From the NCBI RefSeq assembly GCF_963921235.1, contig NC_086098.1, forward strand, positions 4,960,001 through 5,024,000: a stretch of 64,000 bases of DNA, written 5' to 3'. Source of the stretch: Mobula hypostoma. Lineage: Eukaryota. Shown here in pieces: positions 36,961-49,300 of this stretch; the first letter of the stretch is position 1; every line of letters begins with the position of its first letter. A program made the translations under genes and the position numbers. The notes beneath the pieces are model-generated. The model saw nothing but the letters and a program-made list of their open reading frames with translations, had not been told where the DNA came from and ran no database searches.

Positions 36961-37447
36961 CTCAGCATTTCACGGCTTCTTTGCTCATACTTTTACTCCC
37001 TAGCTTTTTTTTTTCATTTCTCTCCTGGTTAGCCAATGATTGAAATACCTCTATAACTTATCCCTATGCCAAGCCCGTCAAAGTTTTTTACTAATTCCGT
37101 AGATCTTTCCTCCCATTCTCTCTGAAACTTATAATTAATGTGTTTTCCCTCTTCCACAGTTCTGATCAAGGGGTTGAGCCCAAAACATTAACTCTTGTTT
37201 CTCTTTCCACAGACCTGCTGAGCATTTCTGATGCTTTCTATTTCTACGTCTCCACTGGAGGTCAGTGTACATTGAGAATTTAACCATTAGCAATCCATCG
37301 CTCTGCGTTGAATTCTTGTGTAATGGAATAAAAACAATTCTTTAGTCAAATTAGAGAATTAATCCAAAAATATGTTCTTTTGAGATAAAAGCCAATTGAA
37401 TATAATAGATGCTGCTGATGATTGACATTATTTACATATTTTCGAGT

Positions 37448-38524
37448 TCAATCCCAAAACCATTTCTCCAAACTGGAGAGGCTTTTATATTCTTTATGTT
37501 GCTGAATATGTTCACAGACAGAACAGGCATGCTCATCCCAGAAGCGAGTCATCCTCACTGTATAATATTTTCTCCATTTGAAATAGTTCATGTATAAATC
37601 TTTGTTGCCATCCAGCATGTGAAGGTATTCGGCCAGCTCTTTTGGTGACAGGAAGTCATCCACATGAATGAAGGAATCGGCTGGAATATAATTTTCATAG
37701 TTTTCCCTGGGTGGGCCCAGGACCACAGGGACGCTCCCTGCAAGAAGAGCATTGTAGAGTTTTTCAGTGATGTAATCTTCATGTATCGAGTTTTCAAAGG
37801 AAAGGTAGAACTTGCATTTGGATATTGTTGGGATAAAATCAATATTGCTCAGATATTCTCCAAAAGCTTGACCGTATGTGTTGATTTCAACATACTTGTA
37901 GAGTTCATTGTAATACCTGACTCTGGCATGTTCAGAGTTCCAGTTGCTAACAATCCAACATACTAGACTGTTTTTACCTGGCAATTCAAAGGCCAGCGGA
38001 ACTTTATTAATTGATAGTGATCCATAAGGCACAGGGATATCTGAGTCCCTTCGATAGGTCAATGTCAGATTGAAGAGTCGGTCAAGCTCAGTCTTCTTTG
38101 GAGTGTGAGTAGGTGACTCCAGATTCATCCAAACCCACTTCTGGAATATTGGCCGAGGCTGTGTGGGCAGGTTGGACAAATCTGCATTGATGTCCCGGTG
38201 ATGGATAAGGACAGCGTGGGATTTGTTATACAGGTTCTTATCCACCGTCAAGCGACAGTCACGGATGTTGAACTCTGATTCGCAAGAATTGAGCTCAAAT
38301 GTCTGACCGAAGGGCCACAGCCAAATGAGCACAATAGTTGCATTGTCCTCTTGTTGTGAAGCAAAGATATTTTTCATGCGTAGAACAGAGGTGGCAGATT
38401 CCATGGGAGCATATATCCAGCTGTTAGATGGTTTAACATAGAGTAACAACAAAGTTACCAGGCAGCCCAAAATGATGATGGAAATTAACAAGGTATGTAA
38501 AATTCCTTTATGAGTTGACATCAT
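37448..38524 (-). CDS. FUT9: Alpha-(1,3)-fucosyltransferase 9-like (GT10), single coding exon, 358 aa
   Basis: Intact ORF starting MMSTHKGIL, with N-terminal transmembrane anchor, WPFGQTF, HHRDI, WMNLESP, the GT10 motif FYLSFENSIHEDYITEKLYNA, and C-terminus LEKWFWD. Colinear with recalled vertebrate FUT9. The track start at 38551 is a non-ATG codon in the intron. Confidence 0.95.
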   Translation of the reverse strand: MMSTHKGILHTLLISIIILGCLVTLLLLYVKPSNSWIYAPMESATSVLRMKNIFASQQEDNATIVLIWLWPFGQTFELNSCESEFNIRDCRLTVDKNLYNKSHAVLIHHRDINADLSNLPTQPRPIFQKWVWMNLESPTHTPKKTELDRLFNLTLTYRRDSDIPVPYGSLSINKVPLAFELPGKNSLVCWIVSNWNSEHARVRYYNELYKYVEINTYGQAFGEYLSNIDFIPTISKCKFYLSFENSIHEDYITEKLYNALLAGSVPVVLGPPRENYENYIPADSFIHVDDFLSPKELAEYLHMLDGNKDLYMNYFKWRKYYTVRMTRFWDEHACSVCEHIQQHKEYKSLSSLEKWFWD

Positions 38525-38532
38525 AATGTGTC

Positions 38533-38551
38533 CTATAAAAGGAAAGAACAA
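38533..38551 (-). other. Splice acceptor 8 nt upstream of the FUT9 ATG
   Basis: Minus strand ttgttctttccttttatag|gacacattATG: polypyrimidine tract plus AG. Implies upstream non-coding exon(s), which were not located. Confidence 0.8.
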
Positions 38552-38654
38552 GGACCATTAGGATCCTAGGAACATAGTTTCTCAAATGCTAAAAATGCAA
38601 CAAGTTTAAGATCAAGATCAAAGTGCCAGATAAGAATGCCAACAATCCTGAAAG

Positions 38655-39420
38655 AAGACCATAAGATCATACAACCATAACCATAAGAGCTGAATTAGGC
38701 CATTCAGCCCATCAAGTCTGCTGCGCTATTTCACCATGTCTGATCTCAGATTCCCTTCAATCCCATATACATGCTCTCTCACCATCTCCCTTGATGCCCT
38801 GACCAGTCTGGAATCTATCAACTTCCACTTTGAATATACCCAATGGACTTGACCTCCACTGCAATCCACAGATTCACCACTCCTTGGCTAAAAAAAATTC
38901 CTCCTTACTTGGGTTCTAAAAGGTCGCCCCTCAATTTTGAGGCTGTGCCCTCTAGTTCTAGGTACCCCCATCATAGGAAACATCCTCTCCACATCCACCT
39001 TATCTAGTCCTCAACATTCTGTAGGTTTCAATGAAATCCTCATGCATTCTTCTAAATTCCAGTGAGTACAGGCTCAAAGCTGCCAAATGCTTCTTATATG
39101 TTAACCCCATAAGACCATAAGGTCTAGGAGCAAAATTAGGCCATTTACCTCATTGAATATGCTTGGCCATTACATCATGGCTGATCCGTTTTCCTTTCAG
39201 CCCCAACCTCCTGCCTTCTCCCCACATTCCTTCATGCCCTGACTAATCAAGAATCAACCTTTGCCTTAAAGATACCCAAAGACCTGGCCTCCACAGCTAC
39301 CTGTGGCAACGAATTCCACAGATTCACCGTCCTCTGTCTCCTCATCTCCATTTTAAATAGATGCCCCTCTATTCTGAGGCTGTGCCCTTAGTCCTCGACT
39401 CCTCCATCATAGGAAAAATC
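38655..39420 (-). mobile_element. Two adjacent CR1 3' fragments
   Basis: Each begins with a (cataagac)-type tail (at about 38655 and 39108) followed by CR1 3' sequence. Confidence 0.8.
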
Positions 39421-39837
39421 CTAGAAAGGAATGTTGAAAGAATATCATTTTCTCACACAGCCTGAACTTACTGCTGAGCTTCTTATAAAACAAACTTGAA
39501 TTGGAATTGGCATTTGTTTATTATTGTCATGCACTGAGATACAGAGAAAAGCTTGTCCTACATACTGTTCATAGAGGTCAAATCACTACACAGCACAATG
39601 TAGAACAATGTAAAACAGTAGCAGAATGCAGATTAAAGTGCAACAGCTGCAGAATAGCCGTTCAGGCAGACAGTGTGGTGCATGATCATAACTAGGTAGA
39701 TTTTGAGGTCAAGAACTCATCTTATTTAATTTTTTTTTTGCTAATTCTCGGGGTTGCATTTGGTGGCGTATATATATTTTGATAATGAATTTACTTTGAA
39801 CTTTGAAAATGGATCTCAAGTTAGTATAGAGTAACAC

Positions 39838-40308
39838 ACACTCTGGTCAATTTATCAGCCAATCACGTGGCAGCAACTCAATGCATAAAAGCATGCAAAC
39901 ATGGTCAAGAGGTTCAGTTGTTGTTCAGACCAAACATCAGAATGCGGAAGATCTAAGTGACTTTGACCGTGGAATGATTGTTGGATCCAGAGAGGGTGGT
40001 TTGAGTATCTCAGAAACTGTAGAACTCCTGGGACTTTCACACACCACAGTCTCTAGAGTTTAAAGATTATGGTACCAGAAACAAACAAAAAAAGCGAGTG
40101 AGCAGCAGTTCTGTGGGCAAAAACACCTCGTTAATGAGAGAGGTCAGAGGAGAATGGCCAGACTGGATGGTGACAGTAACTCAGATAACCACACATTTCA
40201 ACAGTGGTGAGCAGGAGAACTTTTCTGAATGCATAACATGTTGATCTTTGAGGTGGAATGGCTACAACAGTGGAAGACCACACCAGGTCCACTCCTGTAC
40301 TGAGTGTA
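39838..40308 (+). mobile_element. Second Tc1-like (TC1DR3-like) deletion derivative
   Basis: DLSDFDRGMIVGSREGGLSISETVELLGLSHTTVSRV. Homologous to 29719-30326. Ends ctgagtg-TA. Confidence 0.85.
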
Positions 40309-40675
40309 TCTATAATTTAATAATAAGTTTACTTTGACCTTGAAAGTAGAAAGATTCTAGTTTGTTGACAACATTTATTTTCTGGTTTAAAGCAGCCATT
40401 TCCCTTCATCTTCTAATTCTTAACCCAATACTCATTCTTAGAGGGCCCCAAGTCCAACGTGTTTGATCTTATCCCCTAGTCATCCTAAACTCATTTTTGG
40501 TCACTGCTCCCCTTTGCCTCTTGACCCCATCCCAGGAAACTCTCAGCTGTCCAAAATGTCCTGATTACCGTGTGTTTCCATGAAAATCATGACGTTGCAG
40601 GGAAAGGCTCTAAATATTGAGGACTGCTCCTGTGGGAAATCTGAAATTCTGAAATCACCTTGAGCTGTAAGCAGC

Positions 40676-41415
40676 AGTGTTTGGGAGAGTTGTAGAACAG
40701 AGGGATCTAGAAATAATGGTGCATAGTTCCCTGAAGGTGGAATCTCATGTGGATAGGGTGGTGAAGAAAGCTTTTGGTATGCTGGCCTTTATTAATCAGA
40801 GCATTGAGTATAGGAGGTGGGATGTAATGTTGAAATTGTACAAGGCATTGGTGAGGCCAAATTTGGAGTATTGTGTACAGTTCTGGTCACCAAATTATAG
40901 GAAAGATGTCAACAAAATAGAGAGAGTACAGAGAAGGTTTACTAGAATGTTACCTGGGTTTCATCACCTAAGTTACAGATAAAGGTTGAACAAGTTGGGC
41001 CTTTATTCTTTGGAGTGTAAAATGTTGAGAGGGGACTTGATAGAGGTATTTAAAATTATGAGAGGGATAGATAGAGTTGACGTGGATAGGCTTTTTCCAT
41101 TGAGAGTGGGGGAGATTCAAACAAGAGGATATGAGTTGATAGTTAAAGGGCAAAAGTTTAGGAGTAACATGAGGGGGAACTTCTTTACTCAGAGAGTGGT
41201 GGCTGTGTGGAACGAGCTTCCAGCAGAAGTGGTTGGAGCAGGTTGGATGTTGTCGTTTAAAGTTAAACTGGACAGCTATATGGACAGGAAAGGAATGGAG
41301 GGTTATGGGCTGAGTGCAGGTCGGTGGGACTAGGTGAGAGTAAGAGTTCGGCATGAAGTAGAAGGGCCAGATGGCCTGTTTCCGTGCTGTAATTGTTATA
41401 TGGTTATATGGTTAT
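40676..41415 (+). mobile_element. CR1 family E 3' fragment
   Basis: ORFs 40677..40982 and 40986..41333. Tail (ggttatat)n. Confidence 0.92.
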
Positions 41416-41469
41416 TGCTCTTCAGTAGACTGCCAGTGGTCATTTTGTGGAGATCATTGTGTTTGAGCT

Positions 41470-41716
41470 AGTGTAACAGGCATTGGAGTTCTGAGTTTAA
41501 TTCCCATGCCCTCTGTAAGGAGTTTGTACTTTCTCCCCATGACTGCGTGGGTTTCCTGCGGTTGCTCCGGTTTCCGGAGACGTGCCGGTTAGTTGGTTCA
41601 TTGGTCATTGTAAATTGTCCCGTCATTAGGCTTGGGTTAAATCTGTGGGTTTCTGGGTGGCATGGCTCAAACGGCTGGAAGGGTTTGTTAGACACTGCAT
41701 CTCTAAATAAATAAAA
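41470..41716 (+). mobile_element. V-SINE (HE1-like)
   Basis: Degenerate B box, V-domain-like gcgtgggtttcctgcggttgctccggtttcc, and a (taaa)n tail. Confidence 0.75.
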
Positions 41717-41894
41717 GTATATCAAAATAACCTGGGACATATTAACAACAGCTGAACCCGTCAAATTTATCAATATTCGTTTTCCTCCTTGCTTATCAAC
41801 ACAGTATTGGTACAATTGCTGAATCTTAAGGTAATTCTTTGAAGTATTATTTGACAGATAATAGTATTTATGACAGATGCAAGAGCAAACATGG

Positions 41895-42260
41895 AATGAA
41901 AATAATGGAGAAAACCTGTGTGTGACTTTGTTTAATGTGGGGAGGTTGCTGCACGGGCAGCCACCACATGGTCTTTGACAGATCGGGGTCAGGGTCCAGC
42001 GACATGGCATGCAAGACCAATGGGGACCCTCCCCTGCTGAAGCCTTCCTCCGCCTTCACTGCCATTGTGACGTGTCGTCATCTTCGGCCAGCTCCACCGT
42101 TGAGCTCGTGGTTGGTTCGCAGTTTGTCTGGAACCTCCCCCTTGACCTTTCCACCATGGGTGACCCTACCAGGAGCTAAACACGAAACGACATCACTCTT
42201 GGGATCTCAGGAACTCAGAAGCTTTTCCACCACGACAAGGTGAAGATTCTCGGAGAAAAA
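41895..42260 (-). mobile_element. RTE-clade (Rex3/Expander-like) 5'-UTR-derived element
   Basis: Minus strand caccttgtcgtggtgg...ctcctggtagggtcacccatgg resembles recalled RTE 5' UTR motifs. Confidence 0.55.
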
Positions 42261-42727
42261 TGAAAATAAATGTCTCACTGAAGGGATGCTGAAGCAAGTG
42301 AAATGATCTACTAAGCTATTAGTGTTTCTCAGTCTCCTGGTTTCCTGTCTTAACTCACACATTTATTGAGCTTCATTTTCATCCACTAAAGTAAAAAGAA
42401 TAAATTGAAATACCACCAAGTTGTGCTTAATGTTAAACCTCAAACTCTCTGAAGAAAATATTTTCTACTGATTATGAGATATGAACACCTGAAGATAAAA
42501 TTTTTGAGTAGGAGTCTGGAATTGGGTTTCTCACCTAGTCAGCATCATCGGAATTGGAATTGGTTTATTTTTGTCACAGGCACTGAAAAGCAGGTATAGC
42601 TTGTCTTGCATACGTTGATGCAGATCAATTCATTGCATAGAGCACTGTGGTGGAACAGAGTAAAACAAAAACAACACAAACTGACTCAGGGATTAGTGAG
42701 ATGTGGTATTATTTAGGCTCCATATAG

Positions 42728-43307
42728 AGTCAGAGAACACAGAAACCCTTCAGCCCATCTAGTCCATGCTAAACTATTAATCTGCCGAGTACTTTGAACC
42801 TGCACCTGGACAATTAGCCTTCCATACCCCTCCCATCCATGTACTGCAAATCCAAGTTTCTCTTAAGTGTCAAAATCAAACCCACATCCACAAATTCCAC
42901 TCGCAGTTTTTTCACACTCTCACATCTGCTGAGTAAAAAAATTCCCCCCCCAGGTTTCTTTAAATAATTCATCTTTCTCCCTCAACCCATGACCTCTAGT
43001 TGTAGTTTCATTCAACCTGCTTGCATTTAACCTATCTGTACTCCTCATAATTTTGTATACTTCGATCAAATCTTCCCTCAATCCACTTTGCTGAATGGAA
43101 TGAAGTCCTTTCCCTGTTACACAGATCCTCAAGTCAGGAGTGGAACTGGGTATGATCTTCTACTGCTGTAGCCCATCCACTTCACGTCCCGGCAACATCT
43201 TTGTAAATGTTATCTGTACTCTTTCTAGCTCATTGACTCGAACTGTATACAATACTTTGAATCTGGTCTCAGCGACTTCAACATAACATCTTAATACTTT
43301 GATTCAT
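42728..43307 (-). mobile_element. Old CR1 3' fragment, continuing at 53016-53350 beyond the L1
   Basis: ORF 42920..43132 (DLIEVYKIM, TRGHGL). Sequence resumes after the L1 TSD. Confidence 0.8.
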
Positions 43308-46300
43308 AGACTCCTCCTACTGGCAATGAATGGAATAGACGTGTTTTTAAATTACTGAATCCAATCTACTTCGAAAATTTACTCTTGGAGTATCATGATG
43401 TCTTGTGCTAAAACTTCTGAAAAAGAAGAGGACCTTTCCGTGACCATGGAAGCTATGGCCAAGCTAATTCAGAAAGCTCAGAGCGAAACATCTGAACAAC
43501 TTTCGGATGTGTATTTGAAAGTTAACGTGGAAAGCGGCCAGTGAGTGAGTGGGCCAGTGAAGGAGTGGAGCTTTGAGGCTTTGACTCGAGAGATTCTGGC
43601 AGTTTTGGCAGTTGGTCTGTGCAATCAAGTCAATCAAGATTTGAATAGATTAGCGGAAAGCCGTTGATTAGACAATCAAGATTTGAATAGCTCAGATTCA
43701 GCAGAAAGCAGCTGATTGGGCAATCGAGCTCAGGTGACCAAGCATTTTGAAAAGCTCAAACAGATAAATAGAGGGGTAGCACAAGTGAAATGGCCTGTGA
43801 GTGAGTGGGCCAGTGAAGGAATGGAGCTTTGAGGCTTTGACTCGAGAGGCTTTGAAGAGAAGAGGCAGAGGACAAGCTAGCTCGCAGTTAGGTTTTACAA
43901 TGTCTCCTGAGACGGTGATGTGCCTCTCATGAGAGATGTGGCAGTCTTGGGGGAACGCCCCTCTCCCGCAGAGTCACATCTGCCAGAAGTGCACACGGCT
44001 GGGCAATCTGGAAGACCGTGTAAGGAATCTGGAGCAGCAGCTGGATGACCTTGGACTCATAAGGGAGAATGAGGCAGTCATAGATGAGAGCTACAGGGAG
44101 GTAGTCACACCTAGGCTGTCGGAAGCAGGTCGTTGGGTGACAGTCAGAGGGGGGAAAGTGAAGGTAAGCAGACAGGTAGTGCAGAGCACCCCTGTAGCCA
44201 TTCCCCTGAATAATAAGTTTACCATCCTGGATACCGTTGGTGGGGATGACTGACCAGGTGTGAGCCATGGTGGCAGGGCCTCGGGCACTGAGTCTGACCC
44301 AGTGGTGCAGAAGGGTGGGACGGAGAAGAGGAGAGCTGTTGTCATTGGAGACTCTATAATCAGGGGAGCAGACAGGAGATTTTGTGGACGTGAGAAGGAC
44401 ACCCGCATGGTTTGTTGTCTCCCGGGTGCCAGGGTCCGGGATGTCTCTGACCGGGTGCACGACATCCTGGTACGAGAGGGAAAGCAAACAGAAGTCGTGA
44501 TATATGTAGGGACCAACGACATAGGCAGGAAGAGGGATGAGATCCTGAAGTGTGAGTTTCGGGAACTAGGCAGAAGGCTGAAGAACAGGACCTCAAGGGT
44601 GACGTTCTTAGGATTGCTGTCAGTGCTACGTGACGGTGATGGTAAGAATTGGAGTAGATGACAGTTGAATGCATGGCTGAGGAGTTGGTGCAGGGAGCAG
44701 GGTTTTAGATTTTTGGATCATTGGGATCTCTTCTGGGGAAGGTGGGACCTGTACAGATTGGATGGGTTGCACCTGAACTCGAGAGGAAGCAATATCCTAG
44801 CAGGTAGGTTTGCTAGCATGGTTCGGGAGGGTTGAAACTAATTTGCAAGGGGGATGGGACCCGGAGCGATAGAGCAGTGAAAGAAGTGCATGGAGTAAAG
44901 CCAGATCTAACACATAGAGAGAGTTTGAGGAAAGAGAAACAGAATAAATGGTGTAAAGACAATAAGGTAGAAGGGCTGAAATGTGTATACCTCAATGCAA
45001 GAAGCATCAGGAACAAAGGTGATGAACTGAGAGCTTGGATACGTACATGGAATTATGATGCAGTGGCCATTACAGAAACTTGGCTGGGTAGCAGGGCAGG
45101 AATGGATTCTCAATATTCCTGGATTTCAGTGCTTTAAAAGGGATAGAGAGGGCGGAAAAAGGGGAGGAGGGGTGGCATTACTGGTCAAGGATACTATTAC
45201 AGCTACAGAAAGGGTGGGCAATGTAGCAGGATCCTCTTTTGAGTCAGTATGGGTGGAAGTCAGGAACAAGAACAGAGCAGTTACTCTATTGGGGGTATTC
45301 TATAGGCCCCCTGGTAGCAGCAGAGATACAGAGGAGCAGATTGGGAAGCAGATTTTGGAAAGGTGCAAAAATAACAGGGTTGTTATCATGGGTGACTTTA
45401 ACTTCCCCAGTATTGATTGGCACCTGATTAGTTCCAAGGGTTTAGATGGGGCAGAGTTTGTTAAGTGTGTCCAGGACGAATTCCTGTCACAGTATGTGGA
45501 CAGGCCAACTAGGGGGAATGCCATACTAGATCTAGTACTAGGTAATGGACTGGGTCAGGTCACAGATCTCTCAGTGGGTGAGCATCTGGGGGACAATGAT
45601 CACTGCTCCCTGGCCTTTAGCATTATCATGGAAAAAGATAGAATCAGAGAGGACAGGAAAATTTTTAATTGGGGAAGGGCAAATTATGAGGCTATAAGGC
45701 TAGGACTTGCAGGTGTGAATTGGGATGATATTTTTGCAGGGAAATGTACTGTGGACATGTGGTCGATGTTTAGAGATCTCTTGCAGGATGTTAGGGATAA
45801 ATTTGACCCGGTGAGGAAGATAAAGAATGATAGGGTGAAGGAACCATGGGTGACAAGTGAGGTGGAAAATCTAGTCAGGTGGAAGAAGGCAGCATACATG
45901 AGGTTTAGGAAGCAAGGATCAGATGGGTCTATTGAAGAATATAGGGAAGCAAGAAAGGAGCTTAAGAAGGGGCTGAGAAGAGCAAGAAGGGGGCATGAGA
46001 AGGCCTTGGCAAGTAGGGTAAAGGAAAACCCCAAGGCATTCTTCAATTATGTGAAGAAAAAAAGGATGACAGGAGTGAAGGTAGGACTGACTAGAGATAA
46101 AGGTGGGAAAATGTGCCTGGAGGCTGTGGAAGTGAGCGACGTCCTCAATGAATACTTCTCTTCGGTATTCACCAATGACAGGGAACTTGATGATGGTGAG
46201 GACAATATGAGTGAGGTTGATGTTCTGGAGCATGTTGATATTAAGGGAGAGGATGTGCAGGAGTTGTTAAAATACATTAGGACGGATAAGTCCCCGGGGC

Positions 46301-49300
46301 CTGACGGAATATTCCCCAGGCTGCTCCATGAGGCAAGGGAAGAGATTGCTGAGCCTCTGGCTAGGATCTTTATGTCCTCGTTGACCACGGGAATGGTACC
46401 GGAAGATTGGAGGGAGGCGAATGTTGTTCCCTTGATCAAAAAAGGTAGTAGGGATAGTCCGTGTAATTATAGACCAGTGAGTCTTACGTCTGTGGTGGGA
46501 AAGCTGTTGGAAAAGATTCTTAGAGATAGGATCTCTGGGCATTTAGAGAATCATGGTCTGATCAGGGACAGTCAGCATGGCTTTGTGAAGGGCAGATTGT
46601 GTCTAACAAGCCTGATAGAATTCTTTGAGGAGGTGACCAGGCATATAGATGAGGGTAGTGCAGTGGATGTGATCTATATGGATTTTAGTAAGGCATTTGA
46701 CAAGGTTCCACATGGTAGGCTTATTCAGAAAGTCAGAAGGCATGGGATCAAGGGAAGTTTGGCCAGGTGGATTCAGAATTGGCTTGCCTGTAGAAGGCAG
46801 AGGGTCTTGGTGGAATGAGTACATTCAGCTTGGAGGATTGTGACTAGTGGTGTCCCACAAGGATCTGTTCTGGGACCTCTACTTTTCGCGATTTTTATTA
46901 ACGACCTGGATGTTGGGGTAGAAGGGTGGGTTGGCAAGTTTGCAGACGACACAAAGGTTGGTGGTGTTGTAGATAGTGTAGAGGATTGTCAAAGATTGCA
47001 GAGAGACATTGATAGGATGCAGAAGTGGGCTGAGAAGTGGCAGATGGAGTTCAACCCGGAGAAGTGTGAGGTGGTACACTTTGGAAGGACAAATTCCAAG
47101 GCAGAGTACAAAGTAAATGGCGGGATACTTGGTAGTGTGGAGGAGCAGAGGGATCTGGGGGTACATGTCCACAGATCCATGAAAGTTGCCTCACAGGTGG
47201 ATAGGGTAGTTAAGAAAGCTTATGGGGTGTTAGCTTTCATAAGTCGAGGGATAGCGTTTAAGAGTCGCGATATAATGATGCAGCTCTATAAAACTCTGGT
47301 TCGGCCACACTTGGAGTACTGTGTCCAGTTCTTGTTGCCTCACTATAGGAAGGATGTGGAAGCATTGGAAAGGGTGCAGAGGAGATTTACCAGGATGCTG
47401 CCTGGTTTAGAAAGTATGCATTATGATCAGAGATTAAGGGAGCTAGGGCTTTACTCTTTGGAGAGAAGGAGGATGAGAGGAGACATGATAGAGGTGTACA
47501 AGATAATAAGAGGAATAGATAGAGTGGACAGCCAGCACCTCTTCCCCAGGGCACCACTGCTCAATACAAGAGGACATGGCTTTAAGGTAAGGGGTGGGAA
47601 GTTCAAGGGGGATATTAGAGGAAGGTTTTTTACTCAGAGAGTGGTTGGTGCGTGGAATGCACTGCCTGAGTCAGTGGTGGAGGCAGATACACTTGTGAAG
47701 TTTAAGAGACTACTAGACAGGTATATTGGGGAATTTAAGGTGGGGGGTTATATGGGAGGCAGGGTTTGAGGGTCGGCACAACATTGTGGGCTGAAGGGCC
47801 TGTACTGTGCTGTACTATTCTATGATCTATGTTCACAGAGCTTAAACAAATGGAGATTCTGCTGCAGGCTATTCAAAAAACTTTACAGGAACATACTACT
47901 CACATTCAAGAACATGAAGATGCTTTAACAAGACTGGATACTAAGATGGATGAGTTGGAAATTTTTGAAGATAAACAATCGAAAATCATTGGGAATCTTT
48001 AAAACAAAAGATTGTTGTCTTGGAGAATAGATCAAGAAGTAACAATATACGAATTTTGGGTCTTCCTGAGTTGGTTGAAGGCAAGCGACCTTTAGAATTT
48101 TTTGCAAGTCTGTTGGCTCGTTTGTTTTCTGATGTTTTGGATTCTCCACCAAGAATAGACCGGACACACCAAGTCCCAGTGTTTAGACCCGCTTCTCAAC
48201 AAAAACCTTGACCTGTGATAATTGCTTTTCATGACTTCCAAACAAAGGTTACTATAATTGGTCAATCTCATCAGTTAGGTATGATTAACTTTGAAAATTA
48301 TAAGACAAGGCTGGTCAAAGATTATTCACCTGAGGTATTAAATGAACGTTTTAAGTATAAAAATGTCAGTGGAGTTATATAACAAAGGCTATAAACCTTC
48401 ATTAAATTACACCGCTCGCCTCAGGATCATTTTGGAAAATGGTTCTCCTAAGTGGTTTCTTTTTATCGAGGAAGTGCATGATTTTCTTCAGGCCAAATCA
48501 AGTCCAGAACACTAATTGTTTAATACTGTATCATCAAACTATGCTTCCTTAGCTTAACCGATTCTTTGTTTTTGGAAGTTTGAAATCTAATTGTTTAGTA
48601 CGTCTTAATAATCCTTCTTTTACTTTTCGATTTTTTATTTTTTCTGTTTAGAAAATTAATAGACTTAACTTCAGTAAGTTTTCTTTGTAATTATTTCTTG
48701 CAAACACTATATTTTGAAATTTTTTTAGTTCTTTTTAAGGTTATTTAGTCTAGGTTGGAACTCATTCTGTACCAATCTTTTCTTCTCCTGGAGCTTTGAC
48801 AGTAGGATATCGAGGGTGGGATTTATCAGTAGATTAGCTTTTGCCCTCTCTTGGCTGATTTTTTTCTTTTGGGAGGGGAGTGGGCGGGAGTGGGCTGTTT
48901 TTTTTTTCTTTTTCCTTTTTATCAGCTGTTTGGTTATCCCTGCTTCATCTATTGTTTGGTCAAGAATTTTAAAGTTTGGATGTTTGTTTTATTCCAGTGG
49001 TTTATATGTTTAACCTCTGTTTTAAGCATATTTAAATGGTATACAATATTAATTTTCTTAGTTTAAATGTGAATGGTTTAAACCACCCTGTGAAACGTTA
49101 TAAGATTTTTACCTACGTTAAGAAATTGAATGCCTCAATTATTTTTTTACAAGAGACACATGTCTGACTGTGGGCATTTGTTCAAACGTTGGAATAGTCT
49201 AGCTTTTCATCCTTCCTTTCAAGCCAAGGCCAGAGTTACTTTGATTTTGATTGACAATTCAGTTGCTTTTGTTCAACATGATGTAACGTCTGACCCCAAT

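Noticed and set aside
38525..38551. N-terminal extension MFFPFIGHI of the fucosyltransferase ORF
   Set aside because: It starts at a non-ATG codon inside the polypyrimidine tract/acceptor. Homology begins at the ATG at 38524.
41468..42243. ORFs of 180 and 102 aa
   Set aside because: They run across a V-SINE and an RTE-like repeat, with no recognisable domain.
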